NCBI RefSeq assembly: GCF_048403405.1
Contig: NZ_CP183129.1
Origin: Escherichia coli
GTDB taxonomy: Bacteria; Pseudomonadota; Gammaproteobacteria; Enterobacterales; Enterobacteriaceae
Reading direction: 5' to 3' (one strand)
Length of the DNA stretch: 64,000 nucleotides
Made by a program: the position numbers and the translations under genes. The notes beneath the pieces were generated by a model, which ran no database searches, was not told the DNA's origin, and worked only from the letters and a program-made list of their open reading frames with translations. Shown piece after piece: positions 10,980 through 22,450 of the stretch (positions are counted from its first letter, which is position 1; the number at the start of each line of letters is the position of its first letter).

Positions 10980-12467
10980 TCAGGCCTCCAGGCTTATCCA
11001 GATAGTTTTCAGTTCGGTGAATTTTTCAAGGGCGTGCAGGGATTTGTCGCGACCGTTGCCGCTCTGCTTATAGCCGCCAAACGGCACGGTCATATCGCCG
11101 TCGTTGTAGTTATTGACAAAGACGGAACCGGCTTTCAGGCGACGGCTCATGCGGTGCGCGCGGGAGAGGTCGCGCGTCCATACTGCCGCGCCAAGTCCGT
11201 ACTGGCTGTCGTTAGCAAGCTGTAGCGCCTGTTCTTCTGATGTGAAACGCGTGACCACCAGCACTGGACCGAAAATCTCTTCGCGGCTTAAGGACGCATC
11301 CGGGTCTACATCCACAAAGATCGTCGGGCCGATGGCGGCAGCCAGCTCGGCGTTACGGCCATCCAGCAGCAGTTGCCCTTTGCTTTCGCCTTCACGAATA
11401 AAGCTATGGACCGAGTCGGCGTGGGCGCAGTCGATTAAGGTGCCCATGGTGGTTGCGGGATCAAGTGGATGGCCCGGCTGCCAGTTTTGCGCCTGCTGTT
11501 TTAACAGGTCTAAGAATTCATCGGCGATGCTCTCTTCCAGCAACAGGCGCGTTCCGGCGATACACACCTGCCCCTGGTTGTAGAAAATGCCCGCAGCGGT
11601 CGCGCTCGCCGCTTTTTGCAAATCCGGACAGTCAGCGAAAACGATGTTGGCGCTTTTGCCGCCCGCTTCCAGCCAGACGCGTTTCATGTTGCTGTCGCCT
11701 GCATCTTTCAGCAGCTGTTTCCCGGTGCGGGTTGAGCCAGTAAAGGCGATGGCATCGATATCGTTATGACGCGACAGCGCCTGCCCCGCTTCATGACCAA
11801 AACCCGTCACCACGTTCAACACGCCATCCGGCAGCCCCGCTTCTTTCGCCAGCCCCGCGAGACGAATCGCACTGAGCGGTGATTTTTCAGACGGTTTTAG
11901 GATCACGCTGTTTCCCGCCGCCAGCGCCGGGCCGAGTTTCCAGCAAGTCAGCAGCAGCGGGAAGTTCCACGGCACGATGGCGGCAATCACGCCGACCGGT
12001 TCACGCACGATCATCGCCAGCTCATGGCTACTGGTGGTCGCCACTTCGCCATACACTTTGTCGATCGCTTCGGCGTACCAGCGAATGGCGCGCGCCGCGC
12101 CGGGAATATCATCACGCAGACTGTGACGAATCGGTTTGCCGGTGTCGAGCGTTTCCAGCAGCGCCAGTTCTTCAGCGTTAGCTTCCATTAAATCGGCGAG
12201 TTTATTCAGCACCGCTTTACGCTTAGCCGGAGAAGAGAGTGACCAGTCGCCACGTTCAAACACGCCGCGTGCTGCGCTCACCGCACGGTCAATATCGACG
12301 CTCTTGCCGCGGGCAATATTCGCCAGCGGTGCCTGGGTGACCGGATCAACGGTTTCAAAAGTTTCATTTTCCGCCGCAGCAGTATATTCACCGTTAATAA
12401 ATAAGCGGGTTTCAATGGCGAGACTTAACGCTTTATCCTGCCAGTAAGCCAGATGATGAAAATTCAT
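10980..12467 (-). CDS. puuC: Gamma-glutamyl-gamma-aminobutyraldehyde dehydrogenase (NAD-dependent aldehyde dehydrogenase)
   Basis: Aldehyde dehydrogenase family ORF with catalytic Cys region; start refined to ATG at 12465-12467 (495 aa), preceded by GGAG. Confidence 0.85.
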   Translation of the reverse strand: MNFHHLAYWQDKALSLAIETRLFINGEYTAAAENETFETVDPVTQAPLANIARGKSVDIDRAVSAARGVFERGDWSLSSPAKRKAVLNKLADLMEANAEELALLETLDTGKPIRHSLRDDIPGAARAIRWYAEAIDKVYGEVATTSSHELAMIVREPVGVIAAIVPWNFPLLLTCWKLGPALAAGNSVILKPSEKSPLSAIRLAGLAKEAGLPDGVLNVVTGFGHEAGQALSRHNDIDAIAFTGSTRTGKQLLKDAGDSNMKRVWLEAGGKSANIVFADCPDLQKAASATAAGIFYNQGQVCIAGTRLLLEESIADEFLDLLKQQAQNWQPGHPLDPATTMGTLIDCAHADSVHSFIREGESKGQLLLDGRNAELAAAIGPTIFVDVDPDASLSREEIFGPVLVVTRFTSEEQALQLANDSQYGLGAAVWTRDLSRAHRMSRRLKAGSVFVNNYNDGDMTVPFGGYKQSGNGRDKSLHALEKFTELKTIWISLEA

Positions 12468-12616
12468 TATGACTCCTGTTTCACGTCTATCAGATATATG
12501 CAGTTTGTGAACGTCAGGGCGCAGAGATCCCCGGGCCGTATGCCCGTTTATTTCTGGCGACATTCTTTATGGATTGCCGGGCGCATTGCGCTTACCCGGC
12601 TTACAGAACAAAAAGA

Positions 12617-13174
12617 TTAAAACGTGGTGGGCGTATGGGCGCTGATAATTCGGCAAATACCTGCCGACGTATTACTGAAACTGTGCGGGATGCCGGTATT
12701 AATGGCATAACTTTGCCCCGCGACGAGGTGGTAATCCTGACCATTAATCGTCAGAACAATTTCACCTTCCAGTACAGTGCCTATTTCCTCACCCTGATGC
12801 TTAATTCTTTCCCCAGTGGTTGTGCCCGGCTGGTAAGTTTCAAAGATCATCGCCAGCGTGCGATTCGGGTTACCGTTATGAACCAGCTTCATTGACACAC
12901 CCTGACTGCCCATCTCAATTAAGTCGTCCTGATTAATGACGACCTGCGGCTCATCAGGTTTTTCCGGCTCGGAAAAGAATTCCGAGAGTGACAGACCATA
13001 CACCTTCAGCAGCTTTTGCAGCGTACTGATGGCAGGGCTGACTTTATCTTGTTCTATCGTACTGATAGCACTGTGAGTCAGCCCGGAGAGTTCGGCGGCA
13101 CGACGTTGTGAAAGCCCCTGCTGCTGGCGGATTTCCGACAAGCGTTTTCCTGGCGCCAGTCCCTCATCACTCAT
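12617..13174 (-). CDS. puuR: HTH-XRE/cupin transcriptional repressor of puu genes
   Basis: 185-aa ORF with N-terminal HTH and C-terminal cupin fold; synteny. Confidence 0.87.
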   Translation of the reverse strand: MSDEGLAPGKRLSEIRQQQGLSQRRAAELSGLTHSAISTIEQDKVSPAISTLQKLLKVYGLSLSEFFSEPEKPDEPQVVINQDDLIEMGSQGVSMKLVHNGNPNRTLAMIFETYQPGTTTGERIKHQGEEIGTVLEGEIVLTINGQDYHLVAGQSYAINTGIPHSFSNTSAGICRIISAHTPTTF

Positions 13175-13200
13175 ATTTGCATTTCCTTAAACTGTAGTGG

Positions 13201-13965
13201 TCAGAGTCGCTGTTTTTCAGCGATATGGTGCTGACAAGCGGTGATAAAGCCCTCGAACAATATACGCGAAAGCGCGTACTCGCTACTGTTCCATTCCGGG
13301 TGCCACTGTACGCCCAGCGCAAAAGGATGATTGATGACGCTAACCGCCTCAACTAAGCCATCCGGCGAGCGAGCTTCAACACGCAACCGTGGGCTAACGA
13401 CCTTCGCCCCTTGTCCATGCAGAGAGTTTACCCAAAAGTTGCTACATTCAGGTAACAACGCAGACAGTAATCCCCCCTCTTCAACCTGAACTTCATGCGA
13501 CGGCGCATATTGCTGCTCCACCGGCAGTTCGGGATCTTCCCGATGTTCCAGCAATTCAGGCTGTTCGCACAGCTTGCGATGCAACGAACCACCGGTTGCC
13601 ACCACCAGTTCCTGTAAACCCCGGCAGATGGCGAAAATGGGGATGCGCCTTTCGAGTGCGGCATTAATTAACGCCATGCTCAGAAGATCACGCCCGGGAT
13701 CGGCGTCAGGCTCATCGCCGTTTTCACCATATAGGTGCGGCTGCACATTGCTGGGACTACCAGGAAGATAAATGCCATCGAGTTTCGGCAAAAGTTGTTC
13801 AAGTAATGACGGTTCCGCCAGCGCATGTGGCAGCGCAATTGGCAAGCCGCCTGCGTGGATGATGGCATTCAGGTACTTTTCTTGCAGAGTCTGGGTCGCA
13901 TGACCCTTAAGCCTGTTCCTGCACATTACGACACCGATAACCGGATTGTTCATTATATTTTCCAT
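13201..13965 (-). CDS. puuD: Gamma-glutamyl-gamma-aminobutyrate hydrolase (class-I glutamine amidotransferase-like)
   Basis: ORF track 13201..13977; start refined to ATG at 13963-13965 (254 aa). Confidence 0.87.
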   Translation of the reverse strand: MENIMNNPVIGVVMCRNRLKGHATQTLQEKYLNAIIHAGGLPIALPHALAEPSLLEQLLPKLDGIYLPGSPSNVQPHLYGENGDEPDADPGRDLLSMALINAALERRIPIFAICRGLQELVVATGGSLHRKLCEQPELLEHREDPELPVEQQYAPSHEVQVEEGGLLSALLPECSNFWVNSLHGQGAKVVSPRLRVEARSPDGLVEAVSVINHPFALGVQWHPEWNSSEYALSRILFEGFITACQHHIAEKQRL

Positions 13966-14033
13966 GCTCAATCTCACAAAGTGGACTAAATTATCGCCAT
14001 TACTGCGCTTTAAATGACCTTTATGTTCAATAT

Positions 14034-14048
14034 TTTTTCAATCTAGCA
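14034..14048. promoter_or_regulatory. Candidate PuuR operator in puuD-puuA divergent region
   Basis: TGTTCAATATTTTTT (rc AAAAAATATTGAACA) resembles the AT-rich PuuR recognition motif as I recall it; sits in the puuA/puuD divergent promoter region. Confidence 0.4.
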
Positions 14049-14118
14049 GTGGGTTTTCATTTTTGCAAACTCAATTTAACATTTGACAAACATTTAGTTT
14101 GCATACAGATTCGAATGG

Positions 14119-14133
14119 TGGTCATTATATTTT
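14119..14133. promoter_or_regulatory. Candidate PuuR operator in puuD-puuA divergent region (second copy)
   Basis: TGGTCATTATATTTT (rc AAAATATAATGACCA), a second related copy of the same motif just upstream of puuA. Confidence 0.4.
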
Positions 14134-14176
14134 ACGCTTTGATAACGAGCGGAAAACAAACCAAAGGCGAAGAATC

Positions 14177-15595
14177 ATGGAAACCAATATCGTTGAAGTA
14201 GAGAACTTTGTTCAGCAGTCAGAAGAGAGGCGGGGTAGCGCCTTTACGCAGGAAGTGAAACGCTACCTGGAGCGCTACCCGAATACGCAATATGTTGATG
14301 TTTTACTTACCGATTTGAATGGTTGCTTCCGTGGAAAACGTATTCCTGTTTCAAGCCTGAAGAAGCTCGAGAAAGGGTGTTATTTCCCGGCCTCGGTATT
14401 TGCAATGGATATTCTGGGTAATGTAGTAGAAGAAGCGGGCCTGGGTCAGGAAATGGGCGAGCCGGATCGTACCTGTGTTCCTGTTCTCGGTTCCTTAACC
14501 CCTTCTGCCGCCGATCCAGAGTTTATAGGTCAGATGCTCCTGACCATGGTCGATGAAGATGGCGCTCCCTTTGACGTTGAGCCGCGGAACGTTCTTAACC
14601 GCCTGTGGCAGCAGCTGCGCCAGCGCGGATTGTTCCCGGTCGTAGCGGTAGAGCTGGAGTTCTATTTACTGGATCGCCAGCGCGACGCTGAAGGGTATCT
14701 GCAACCGCCCTGCGCGCCCGGCACCGATGACCGCAATACACAAAGCCAGGTTTACTCCGTTGATAATCTCAACCACTTCGCCGACGTGCTCAATGATATT
14801 GATGAACTGGCGCAGTTACAGCTGATTCCGGCAGATGGAGCGGTCGCTGAGGCCTCGCCAGGTCAGTTTGAAATCAATCTTTACCATACCGATAACGTGC
14901 TGGAAGCTTGCGATGATGCGCTGGCACTAAAACGCCTGGTGCGTCTGATGGCAGAAAAGCATAAGATGCACGCCACTTTTATGGCGAAGCCGTATGAAGA
15001 GCACGCGGGCAGCGGGATGCATATCCATATCAGTATGCAAAATAACCGTGGCGAGAACGTGCTTTCTGACGCGGAAGGCGAAGATTCGCCGCTGCTGAAA
15101 AAGATGCTTGCCGGGATGATTGACCTGATGCCGTCATCAATGGCGTTGCTGGCACCAAACGTGAACTCGTATCGCCGCTTCCAGCCAGGTATGTATGTAC
15201 CGACGCAGGCGTCGTGGGGCCATAACAACCGCACCGTCGCCCTGCGTATTCCGTGCGGCGATCGCCATAATCACCGCGTGGAATATCGCGTGGCGGGTGC
15301 CGATGCCAACCCGTATCTGGTGATGGCGGTGATTTTTGCCGGTATTTTGCATGGCCTTGATAACGAACTGCCATTACAGGAAGAAGTCGAAGGTAACGGG
15401 CTGGAACAGGAAGGCTTACCCTTCCCGATTCGTCAGAGCGATGCCCTGGGTGAGTTTATCGAGAATGATCACCTGCGCCGCTATTTAGGCGAACGCTTCT
15501 GCCATGTCTATCACGCCTGTAAAAATGATGAGCTGTTGCAGTTTGAGCGCCTCATCACAGAAACAGAAATTGAGTGGATGTTGAAAAACGCGTAA
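14177..15595 (+). CDS. puuA: Gamma-glutamylputrescine synthetase (glutamine synthetase family)
   Basis: ORF track 14099..15595; start refined to ATG 14177 (472 aa, METNIVEV...), preceded by AGGCGAAG; GS catalytic-domain motifs. Confidence 0.88.
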   Translation: METNIVEVENFVQQSEERRGSAFTQEVKRYLERYPNTQYVDVLLTDLNGCFRGKRIPVSSLKKLEKGCYFPASVFAMDILGNVVEEAGLGQEMGEPDRTCVPVLGSLTPSAADPEFIGQMLLTMVDEDGAPFDVEPRNVLNRLWQQLRQRGLFPVVAVELEFYLLDRQRDAEGYLQPPCAPGTDDRNTQSQVYSVDNLNHFADVLNDIDELAQLQLIPADGAVAEASPGQFEINLYHTDNVLEACDDALALKRLVRLMAEKHKMHATFMAKPYEEHAGSGMHIHISMQNNRGENVLSDAEGEDSPLLKKMLAGMIDLMPSSMALLAPNVNSYRRFQPGMYVPTQASWGHNNRTVALRIPCGDRHNHRVEYRVAGADANPYLVMAVIFAGILHGLDNELPLQEEVEGNGLEQEGLPFPIRQSDALGEFIENDHLRRYLGERFCHVYHACKNDELLQFERLITETEIEWMLKNA

Positions 15596-15897
15596 TACCC
15601 CTTGCGGGGTTGTTTCATCGGCCTGAGCGGAGCCAGGCCTGACATTTGCTGGTAATCCAGACATTTTCCGGATGTCGCGTTATGGAGCGCAGGCGGCAAC
15701 GGGCTTCCGTTAACGATTAAGACTGTGACGAGGAAATGAGATGATGCCGATGATTAAATCCCCGCATGGCGAGGGAGGCTGCGTATGCGCCCCTCCTGCG
15801 ACTGACTGGACTCCGCCCCCTTTGCTTCCCTTGCTAAACAGGTTTGATTTCAGGTCGACACGACCGCGAACCTTATTACGCAGGGGAGGCAGCAATT

Positions 15898-17283
15898 ATG
15901 GCTATTAATTCACCACTAACTATTGCTGCGCAATCTGGCAAAACCCGTCTGCGAAAATCACTGAAATTGTGGCAGGTGGTGATGATGGGTCTGGCCTATC
16001 TCACGCCGATGACCGTATTTGATACTTTTGGTATTGTCTCCGGCATTAGCGACGGTCACGTTCCGGCGTCCTATTTGCTGGCGCTGGCGGGCGTGCTGTT
16101 TACCGCTATCAGCTACGGCAAACTGGTTCGCCAGTTTCCGGAAGCCGGTTCGGCCTATACCTACGCGCAAAAGTCGATTAACCCGCACGTCGGATTTATG
16201 GTCGGCTGGTCATCACTGCTGGATTATCTCTTTTTGCCAATGATCAACGTTTTATTGGCGAAAATCTATCTCTCCGCCCTCTTCCCGGAAGTGCCGCCGT
16301 GGGTGTGGGTGGTAACCTTCGTCGCCATTTTAACCGCCGCGAATCTGAAGAGCGTCAACCTGGTCGCTAACTTCAATACCCTGTTTGTACTGGTGCAAAT
16401 CTCCATCATGGTGGTGTTTATCTTCCTGGTGGTTCAGGGACTGCATAAAGGAGAAGGCGTTGGCACAGTCTGGTCACTTCAGCCGTTTATCAGCGAGAAC
16501 GCGCACCTGATCCCGATTATTACCGGGGCGACGATTGTCTGTTTCTCCTTCCTCGGTTTCGATGCGGTGACCACGCTTTCGGAAGAGACGCCGGACGCCG
16601 CACGCGTGATCCCAAAAGCCATCTTCCTGACGGCGGTATACGGCGGCGTTATCTTTATCGCTGCGTCGTTCTTTATGCAGCTGTTCTTTCCCGATATCAG
16701 CCGCTTTAAAGACCCGGACGCCGCACTGCCTGAAATTGCGCTGTACGTCGGCGGCAAGCTCTTCCAGTCGATTTTCCTCTGCACCACGTTTGTGAACACG
16801 TTAGCGTCTGGCCTGGCTTCACATGCCAGCGTGTCGCGTCTGCTGTATGTGATGGGGCGTGACAATGTGTTTCCGGAGCGCGTGTTTGGCTATGTGCACC
16901 CGAAATGGCGCACGCCAGCGCTGAACGTCATTATGGTCGGGATTGTTGCGCTGTCGGCGCTGTTCTTTGATTTAGTCACCGCGACAGCATTGATTAACTT
17001 CGGTGCTCTGGTGGCATTTACCTTCGTAAATCTGTCGGTGTTTAATCATTTCTGGCGGCGTAAAGGAATGAATAAAAGCTGGAAGGATCACTTTCACTAT
17101 TTGCTGATGCCGCTGGTTGGCGCGCTGACGGTGGGTGTGCTGTGGGTTAACCTCGAGTCAACGTCACTGACACTCGGTCTGGTATGGGCTTCGTTAGGCG
17201 GCGCATATTTGTGGTATCTGATCCGCCGCTATCGCAAAGTGCCGTTGTATGATGGTGACAGAACGCCGGTGAGCGAAACGTAA
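15898..17283 (+). CDS. puuP: Putrescine importer (APC-family amino acid/polyamine permease)
   Basis: ORF track 15844..17283; start refined to ATG 15898 (461 aa); 12-TM permease. Confidence 0.87.
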   Translation: MAINSPLTIAAQSGKTRLRKSLKLWQVVMMGLAYLTPMTVFDTFGIVSGISDGHVPASYLLALAGVLFTAISYGKLVRQFPEAGSAYTYAQKSINPHVGFMVGWSSLLDYLFLPMINVLLAKIYLSALFPEVPPWVWVVTFVAILTAANLKSVNLVANFNTLFVLVQISIMVVFIFLVVQGLHKGEGVGTVWSLQPFISENAHLIPIITGATIVCFSFLGFDAVTTLSEETPDAARVIPKAIFLTAVYGGVIFIAASFFMQLFFPDISRFKDPDAALPEIALYVGGKLFQSIFLCTTFVNTLASGLASHASVSRLLYVMGRDNVFPERVFGYVHPKWRTPALNVIMVGIVALSALFFDLVTATALINFGALVAFTFVNLSVFNHFWRRKGMNKSWKDHFHYLLMPLVGALTVGVLWVNLESTSLTLGLVWASLGGAYLWYLIRRYRKVPLYDGDRTPVSET

Positions 17284-17416
17284 TAGTCGGATGCGCGGCG
17301 CATTATCCTGCCTGAGGGTAATGCACCGCGCCATTAACTATAAAAAGATGTATGACCCGGATCACGAGTGCTATCATCCGCCCTTATGCTTAGCGCATTA
17401 ACCCCAGGGGCAAATA

Positions 17417-17662
17417 ATGAACCACGATATCCCGCTAAAATATTTTGATATTGCCGATGAGTACGCGACCGAATGCGCAGAGCCTGTCGCAGACGCTGAA
17501 CGCACACCGCTGGCCCACTACTTCCAGTTACTGCTCACCCGTTTGATGAACAATGAAGAGATCAGCGAAGAAGCCCAACATGAAATGGCTGCTGAAGCGG
17601 GGATTAATCCCGTACGCATTGATGAGATCGCAGAGTTTTTGAATCAATGGGGTAATGAGTAA
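17417..17662 (+). CDS. ymjA: Small conserved protein YmjA (DUF2543)
   Basis: 81-aa acidic ORF between puuP and sapA; synteny. Confidence 0.72.
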   Translation: MNHDIPLKYFDIADEYATECAEPVADAERTPLAHYFQLLLTRLMNNEEISEEAQHEMAAEAGINPVRIDEIAEFLNQWGNE

Positions 17663-17695
17663 TTATTTCATTGCAGACGCTCGGTCAGTATCGTT

Positions 17696-17726
17696 GCCCG
17701 GATAAAGCGTTCACGCCGCATCCGGC
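17696..17726. repeat. REP element
   Basis: GCCCGGATAAAGCGTTCACGCCGCATCCGGC palindromic unit in the ymjA-sapA intergenic region. Confidence 0.45.
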
Positions 17727-17974
17727 TAAAAATGACACGCACTGCAGCGTGCTTTAATGGGGTTCTCACGATCGTACCGCTCTGCTCCTCGCTAAGTTGT
17801 TCTGTGAGTTATAGTTATAGAGAAATCACGGGTACGAATGTTGAACAGATGGCGACGTCACCTGTTCAACGACCAACCACACGGCCCTCATTACGACCCC
17901 TGAACACAAACGGTAATGGCAAATGTCATTAAATATTAGTAAGATAGCCTCTTTACATAAAATCCATTAATATT

Positions 17975-19618
17975 ATGCGCCAGGTATTATCGTCTCTTTT
18001 GGTGATTGCTGGACTTGTGAGTGGTCAGGCAATCGCCGCGCCTGAATCCCCCCCGCATGCTGATATCCGCGACAGCGGTTTTGTCTATTGCGTCAGCGGG
18101 CAAGTCAACACCTTTAACCCATCCAAAGCGAGCAGTGGGTTAATTGTCGATACCCTTGCCGCCCAGTTTTATGATCGACTGCTGGATGTCGATCCCTATA
18201 CCTATCGCCTGATGCCGGAACTTGCCGAAAGCTGGGAAGTTCTCGATAACGGCGCGACCTATCGCTTCCACCTGCGTCGCGATGTTCCGTTTCAAAAAAC
18301 CGACTGGTTTACTCCCACTCGTAAAATGAATGCCGACGATGTGGTGTTTACCTTCCAGCGAATTTTTGACCGCAACAACCCGTGGCATAACGTCAACGGC
18401 AGCAACTTCCCCTACTTCGACAGCCTGCAATTTGCCGATAACGTGAAAAGCGTCCGCAAACTGGATAATCATACGGTTGAGTTCCGACTCGCCCAGCCGG
18501 ATGCTTCTTTTTTGTGGCACCTGGCGACCCATTATGCATCGGTCATGTCGGCAGAATATGCCCGGAAGTTAGAGAAAGAAGATCGCCAGGAGCAACTCGA
18601 CCGTCAACCGGTCGGCACTGGACCGTATCAGTTGTCGGAATACCGCGCCGGGCAATTTATTCGCCTACAACGTCATGATGACTTCTGGCGCGGTAAACCG
18701 TTAATGCCGCAGGTGGTGGTGGATTTAGGCTCCGGCGGCACCGGACGTCTGTCGAAACTCCTGACCGGGGAATGCGACGTTCTGGCCTGGCCTGCTGCGA
18801 GCCAGCTATCCATTTTGCGTGACGACCCGCGCTTGCGTTTAACGCTGCGTCCTGGGATGAACGTCGCCTATCTGGCATTTAACACCGCCAAACCGCCACT
18901 AAATAATCCCGATGTCCGCCATGCGCTGGCACTGGCGATTAATAACCAGCGCCTGATGCAATCCATCTATTATGGTACGGCTGAAACGGCGGCCTCTATT
19001 TTACCGCGCGCCTCGTGGGCCTATGACAACGAGGCTAAAATTACTGAATATAATCCGGCGAAATCGCGCGAACAGTTGAAGGCGTTGGGGCTGGAAAACT
19101 TAACGCTGAAACTGTGGGTACCAACACGTTCGCAGGCGTGGAACCCCAGTCCACTGAAAACTGCCGAATTGATTCAGGCGGATATGGCACAGGTTGGCGT
19201 AAAAGTGGTGATTGTGCCGGTAGAAGGTCGCTTTCAGGAGGCGCGGTTGATGGATATGAGCCATGATCTGACGTTATCCGGTTGGGCGACTGACAGTAAC
19301 GACCCGGACAGTTTCTTCCGTCCGTTACTGAGCTGCGCGGCAATTCATTCGCAGACCAACCTCGCCCACTGGTGCGATCCGAAATTCGACAGCGTATTGC
19401 GTAAGGCGCTCTCCTCGCAGCAACTGGCGGCGCGCATCGAAGCCTATGACGAAGCGCAGAGTATTCTGGCGCAGGAATTGCCCATTTTGCCGCTGGCGTC
19501 GTCATTGCGTTTGCAGGCCTATCGGTACGATATCAAAGGTCTGGTACTTAGCCCGTTTGGTAACGCCTCCTTTGCTGGGGTGTATCGCGAGAAACAGGAT
19601 GAGGTGAAAAAACCATGA
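17975..19618 (+). CDS. sapA: Periplasmic substrate-binding protein of Sap ABC transporter
   Basis: 547-aa ORF with signal peptide, family-5 solute-binding protein; first gene of sapABCDF. Confidence 0.9.
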   Translation: MRQVLSSLLVIAGLVSGQAIAAPESPPHADIRDSGFVYCVSGQVNTFNPSKASSGLIVDTLAAQFYDRLLDVDPYTYRLMPELAESWEVLDNGATYRFHLRRDVPFQKTDWFTPTRKMNADDVVFTFQRIFDRNNPWHNVNGSNFPYFDSLQFADNVKSVRKLDNHTVEFRLAQPDASFLWHLATHYASVMSAEYARKLEKEDRQEQLDRQPVGTGPYQLSEYRAGQFIRLQRHDDFWRGKPLMPQVVVDLGSGGTGRLSKLLTGECDVLAWPAASQLSILRDDPRLRLTLRPGMNVAYLAFNTAKPPLNNPDVRHALALAINNQRLMQSIYYGTAETAASILPRASWAYDNEAKITEYNPAKSREQLKALGLENLTLKLWVPTRSQAWNPSPLKTAELIQADMAQVGVKVVIVPVEGRFQEARLMDMSHDLTLSGWATDSNDPDSFFRPLLSCAAIHSQTNLAHWCDPKFDSVLRKALSSQQLAARIEAYDEAQSILAQELPILPLASSLRLQAYRYDIKGLVLSPFGNASFAGVYREKQDEVKKP

Positions 19619-20580
19619 TTATCTTCACCTTACGCCGCATTTTGTTATTGATTGTCACCTTGTTCCTGCTGACCTTCGTTGGCTTCAGCTTGAGCTATTT
19701 CACTCCACACGCGCCGTTACAAGGCGCGTCACTGTGGAATGCCTGGGTGTTCTGGTTTAATGGCCTGATCCACTGGGATTTTGGTGTTTCCAGCATTAAC
19801 GGTCAACCGATTGCCGAACAGTTAAAAGAGGTCTTCCCGGCGACGATGGAACTGTGCATCCTCGCCTTCGGTTTTGCGCTGATTGTTGGCATCCCCGTGG
19901 GGATGATTGCCGGGATTACGCGCCATAAGTGGCAGGATAACTTGATCAACGCCATCGCCTTACTGGGCTTTTCCATCCCGGTGTTCTGGCTGGCGCTTCT
20001 GTTGACGCTATTTTGTTCACTCACGCTAGGTTGGTTGCCCGTTTCAGGGCGTTTCGATCTGCTCTACGAAGTGAAACCGATTACCGGTTTTGCGTTGATT
20101 GATGCCTGGCTTTCGGACTCACCATGGCGGGATGAAATGGTCATGAGCGCAATCCGCCATATGATATTGCCCGTGATCACCCTGTCGGTTGCGCCAACAA
20201 CTGAAGTGATCCGACTGATGCGTATCAGCACTATCGAAGTGTATGACCAGAACTATGTTAAAGCAGCGGCGACCCGCGGTTTGTCGCGCTTTACTATTTT
20301 GCGTCGCCACGTTCTGCATAACGCGTTACCTCCGGTTATTCCTCGCCTGGGCTTACAGTTTTCTACCATGCTGACGCTGGCGATGATCACCGAAATGGTT
20401 TTTAGCTGGCCGGGTTTAGGGCGCTGGTTAATTAACGCTATCCGCCAGCAGGATTACGCAGCCATTTCCGCCGGAGTGATGGTGTGTGGCTCACTGGTCA
20501 TTATTGTTAACGTGATTTCTGATATTTTGGGTGCCATGGCTAACCCTCTGAAACATAAGGAATGGTATGCCTTACGATAG
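19615..20580 (+). CDS. sapB: Sap ABC transporter permease
   Basis: 321-aa multi-TM permease ORF, overlaps sapA stop. Confidence 0.9.
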
Positions 20581-21457
20581 CGTATACAGCGAAAAGCGCC
20601 CGCCGGGCACGCTGCGTACCGCCTGGCGCAAATTTTATAGTGACGCCTCTGCGATGGTCGGCCTGTACGGCTGCGCGGGGCTGGCTGTACTGTGTATTTT
20701 TGGCGGCTGGTTTGCGCCTTACGGCATCGATCAGCAATTTCTCGGTTATCAATTATTGCCACCGTCATGGTCGCGCTATGGCGAAGTTTCTTTCTTCCTT
20801 GGGACTGACGACCTCGGACGCGATGTTTTAAGCCGTTTACTGAGCGGAGCTGCGCCAACCGTAGGCGGCGCATTTGTGGTGACGCTTGCCGCGACGATCT
20901 GTGGCCTGGTACTGGGCACCTTCGCCGGGGCGACGCACGGCCTACGCTCAGCGGTGCTTAACCATATTCTGGATACCTTACTGGCGATCCCTTCCCTACT
21001 GCTGGCAATTATCGTTGTAGCGTTTGCCGGACCGAGTTTGTCTCACGCCATGTTTGCCGTCTGGCTGGCGCTGCTGCCTCGTATGGTACGTTCGATTTAC
21101 AGCATGGTGCATGACGAACTGGAAAAAGAGTACGTTATCGCCGCCCGTCTGGATGGCGCATCAACGCTGAATATTCTCTGGTTTGCTGTGATGCCAAACA
21201 TCACCGCCGGGCTGGTCACCGAGATCACCCGCGCACTGTCGATGGCAATTCTCGATATCGCCGCGCTGGGCTTTCTCGATCTCGGCGCACAACTCCCCTC
21301 ACCTGAATGGGGAGCGATGCTCGGTGATGCGCTGGAACTGATTTATGTCGCTCCGTGGACTGTCATGCTGCCAGGTGCGGCAATTATGATTAGCGTGCTG
21401 TTGGTTAACCTCCTTGGCGACGGTGTCCGTCGTGCAATTATTGCGGGGGTGGAATAA
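20567..21457 (+). CDS. sapC: Sap ABC transporter permease
   Basis: 296-aa multi-TM permease ORF, overlaps sapB. Confidence 0.9.
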
Positions 21458-22449
21458 TGCCATTACTCGATATTCGTAACCTGACCATTGAATTTAAAAC
21501 CGGTGATGAGTGGGTTAAAGCCGTCGACCGCGTAAGTATGACCTTAACCGAAGGTGAAATCCGCGGTCTTGTTGGCGAATCAGGTTCCGGCAAAAGTTTG
21601 ATTGCGAAAGCAATTTGTGGGGTGAATAAAGATAACTGGCGTGTTACAGCTGATCGTATGCGTTTTGATGATATCGATTTGCTGCGTCTCTCCGCACGCG
21701 AACGGCGCAAGCTGGTTGGTCACAACGTGTCGATGATTTTCCAGGAACCGCAGTCGTGTCTTGATCCTTCAGAACGAGTGGGTCGCCAGTTGATGCAAAA
21801 CATCCCAGCCTGGACCTATAAAGGCCGTTGGTGGCAGCGTTTTGGCTGGCGCAAACGCCGTGCCATTGAACTGCTGCACCGCGTGGGGATTAAAGATCAC
21901 AAAGATGCGATGCGCAGTTTTCCCTATGAGTTGACCGAAGGTGAATGTCAGAAAGTGATGATAGCCATTGCACTGGCGAATCAACCGCGTCTGCTGATTG
22001 CTGACGAACCGACAAACTCAATGGAGCCAACAACCCAGGCGCAAATCTTTCGCCTCCTGACGCGTCTCAATCAAAACAGCAATACCACTATTTTGCTTAT
22101 CAGCCATGACTTACAAATGCTTAGCCAATGGGCGGATAAAATTAACGTGCTTTACTGCGGTCAAACGGTGGAAACCGCGCCAAGTAAGGAATTGGTGACA
22201 ATGCCACATCATCCTTATACCCAGGCGCTGATCCGCGCGATACCAGACTTCGGCAGCGCGATGCCGCATAAAAGTCGCCTCAATACGCTGCCCGGCGCTA
22301 TCCCACTGCTGGAACAGTTACCGATTGGGTGTCGTCTGGGGCCGCGTTGCCCGTATGCACAACGAGAATGCATTGTGACGCCACGTTTGACGGGGGCGAA
22401 AAATCATCTCTATGCCTGTCATTTCCCGCTGAACATGGAGAAAGAGTGA
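21457..22449 (+). CDS. sapD: Sap ABC transporter ATP-binding protein
   Basis: 330-aa ORF with Walker A (GESGSGKS) and ABC signature. Confidence 0.9.
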
Positions 22450-22450
22450 G

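Noticed and set aside
14099-14176. N-terminal extensions in the ORF track (puuA from 14099, puuP from 15844, puuC to 12563, pyrF to 40454, ribA from 43091, yciW from 32132, TetR to 30898, ycjM to 5020)
   Set aside because: The track takes the furthest upstream start, and some of these are non-ATG. Internal ATGs with a Shine-Dalgarno give the lengths expected for the known proteins, so the shorter forms were annotated.
17805-17822. 14-nt motif TATAGTTATAGAGA shared by the sapA upstream region and the osmB upstream region (38936-38949)
   Set aside because: A single exact 14-mer match between two sites in 64 kb (both strands) is within chance expectation, so no common regulator is proposed.
17732-17932. 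66-aa ORF in the ymjA-sapA intergenic region
   Set aside because: It overlaps a REP element and the sapA promoter dyad, has no convincing RBS, and has a low-complexity composition; probably non-coding.
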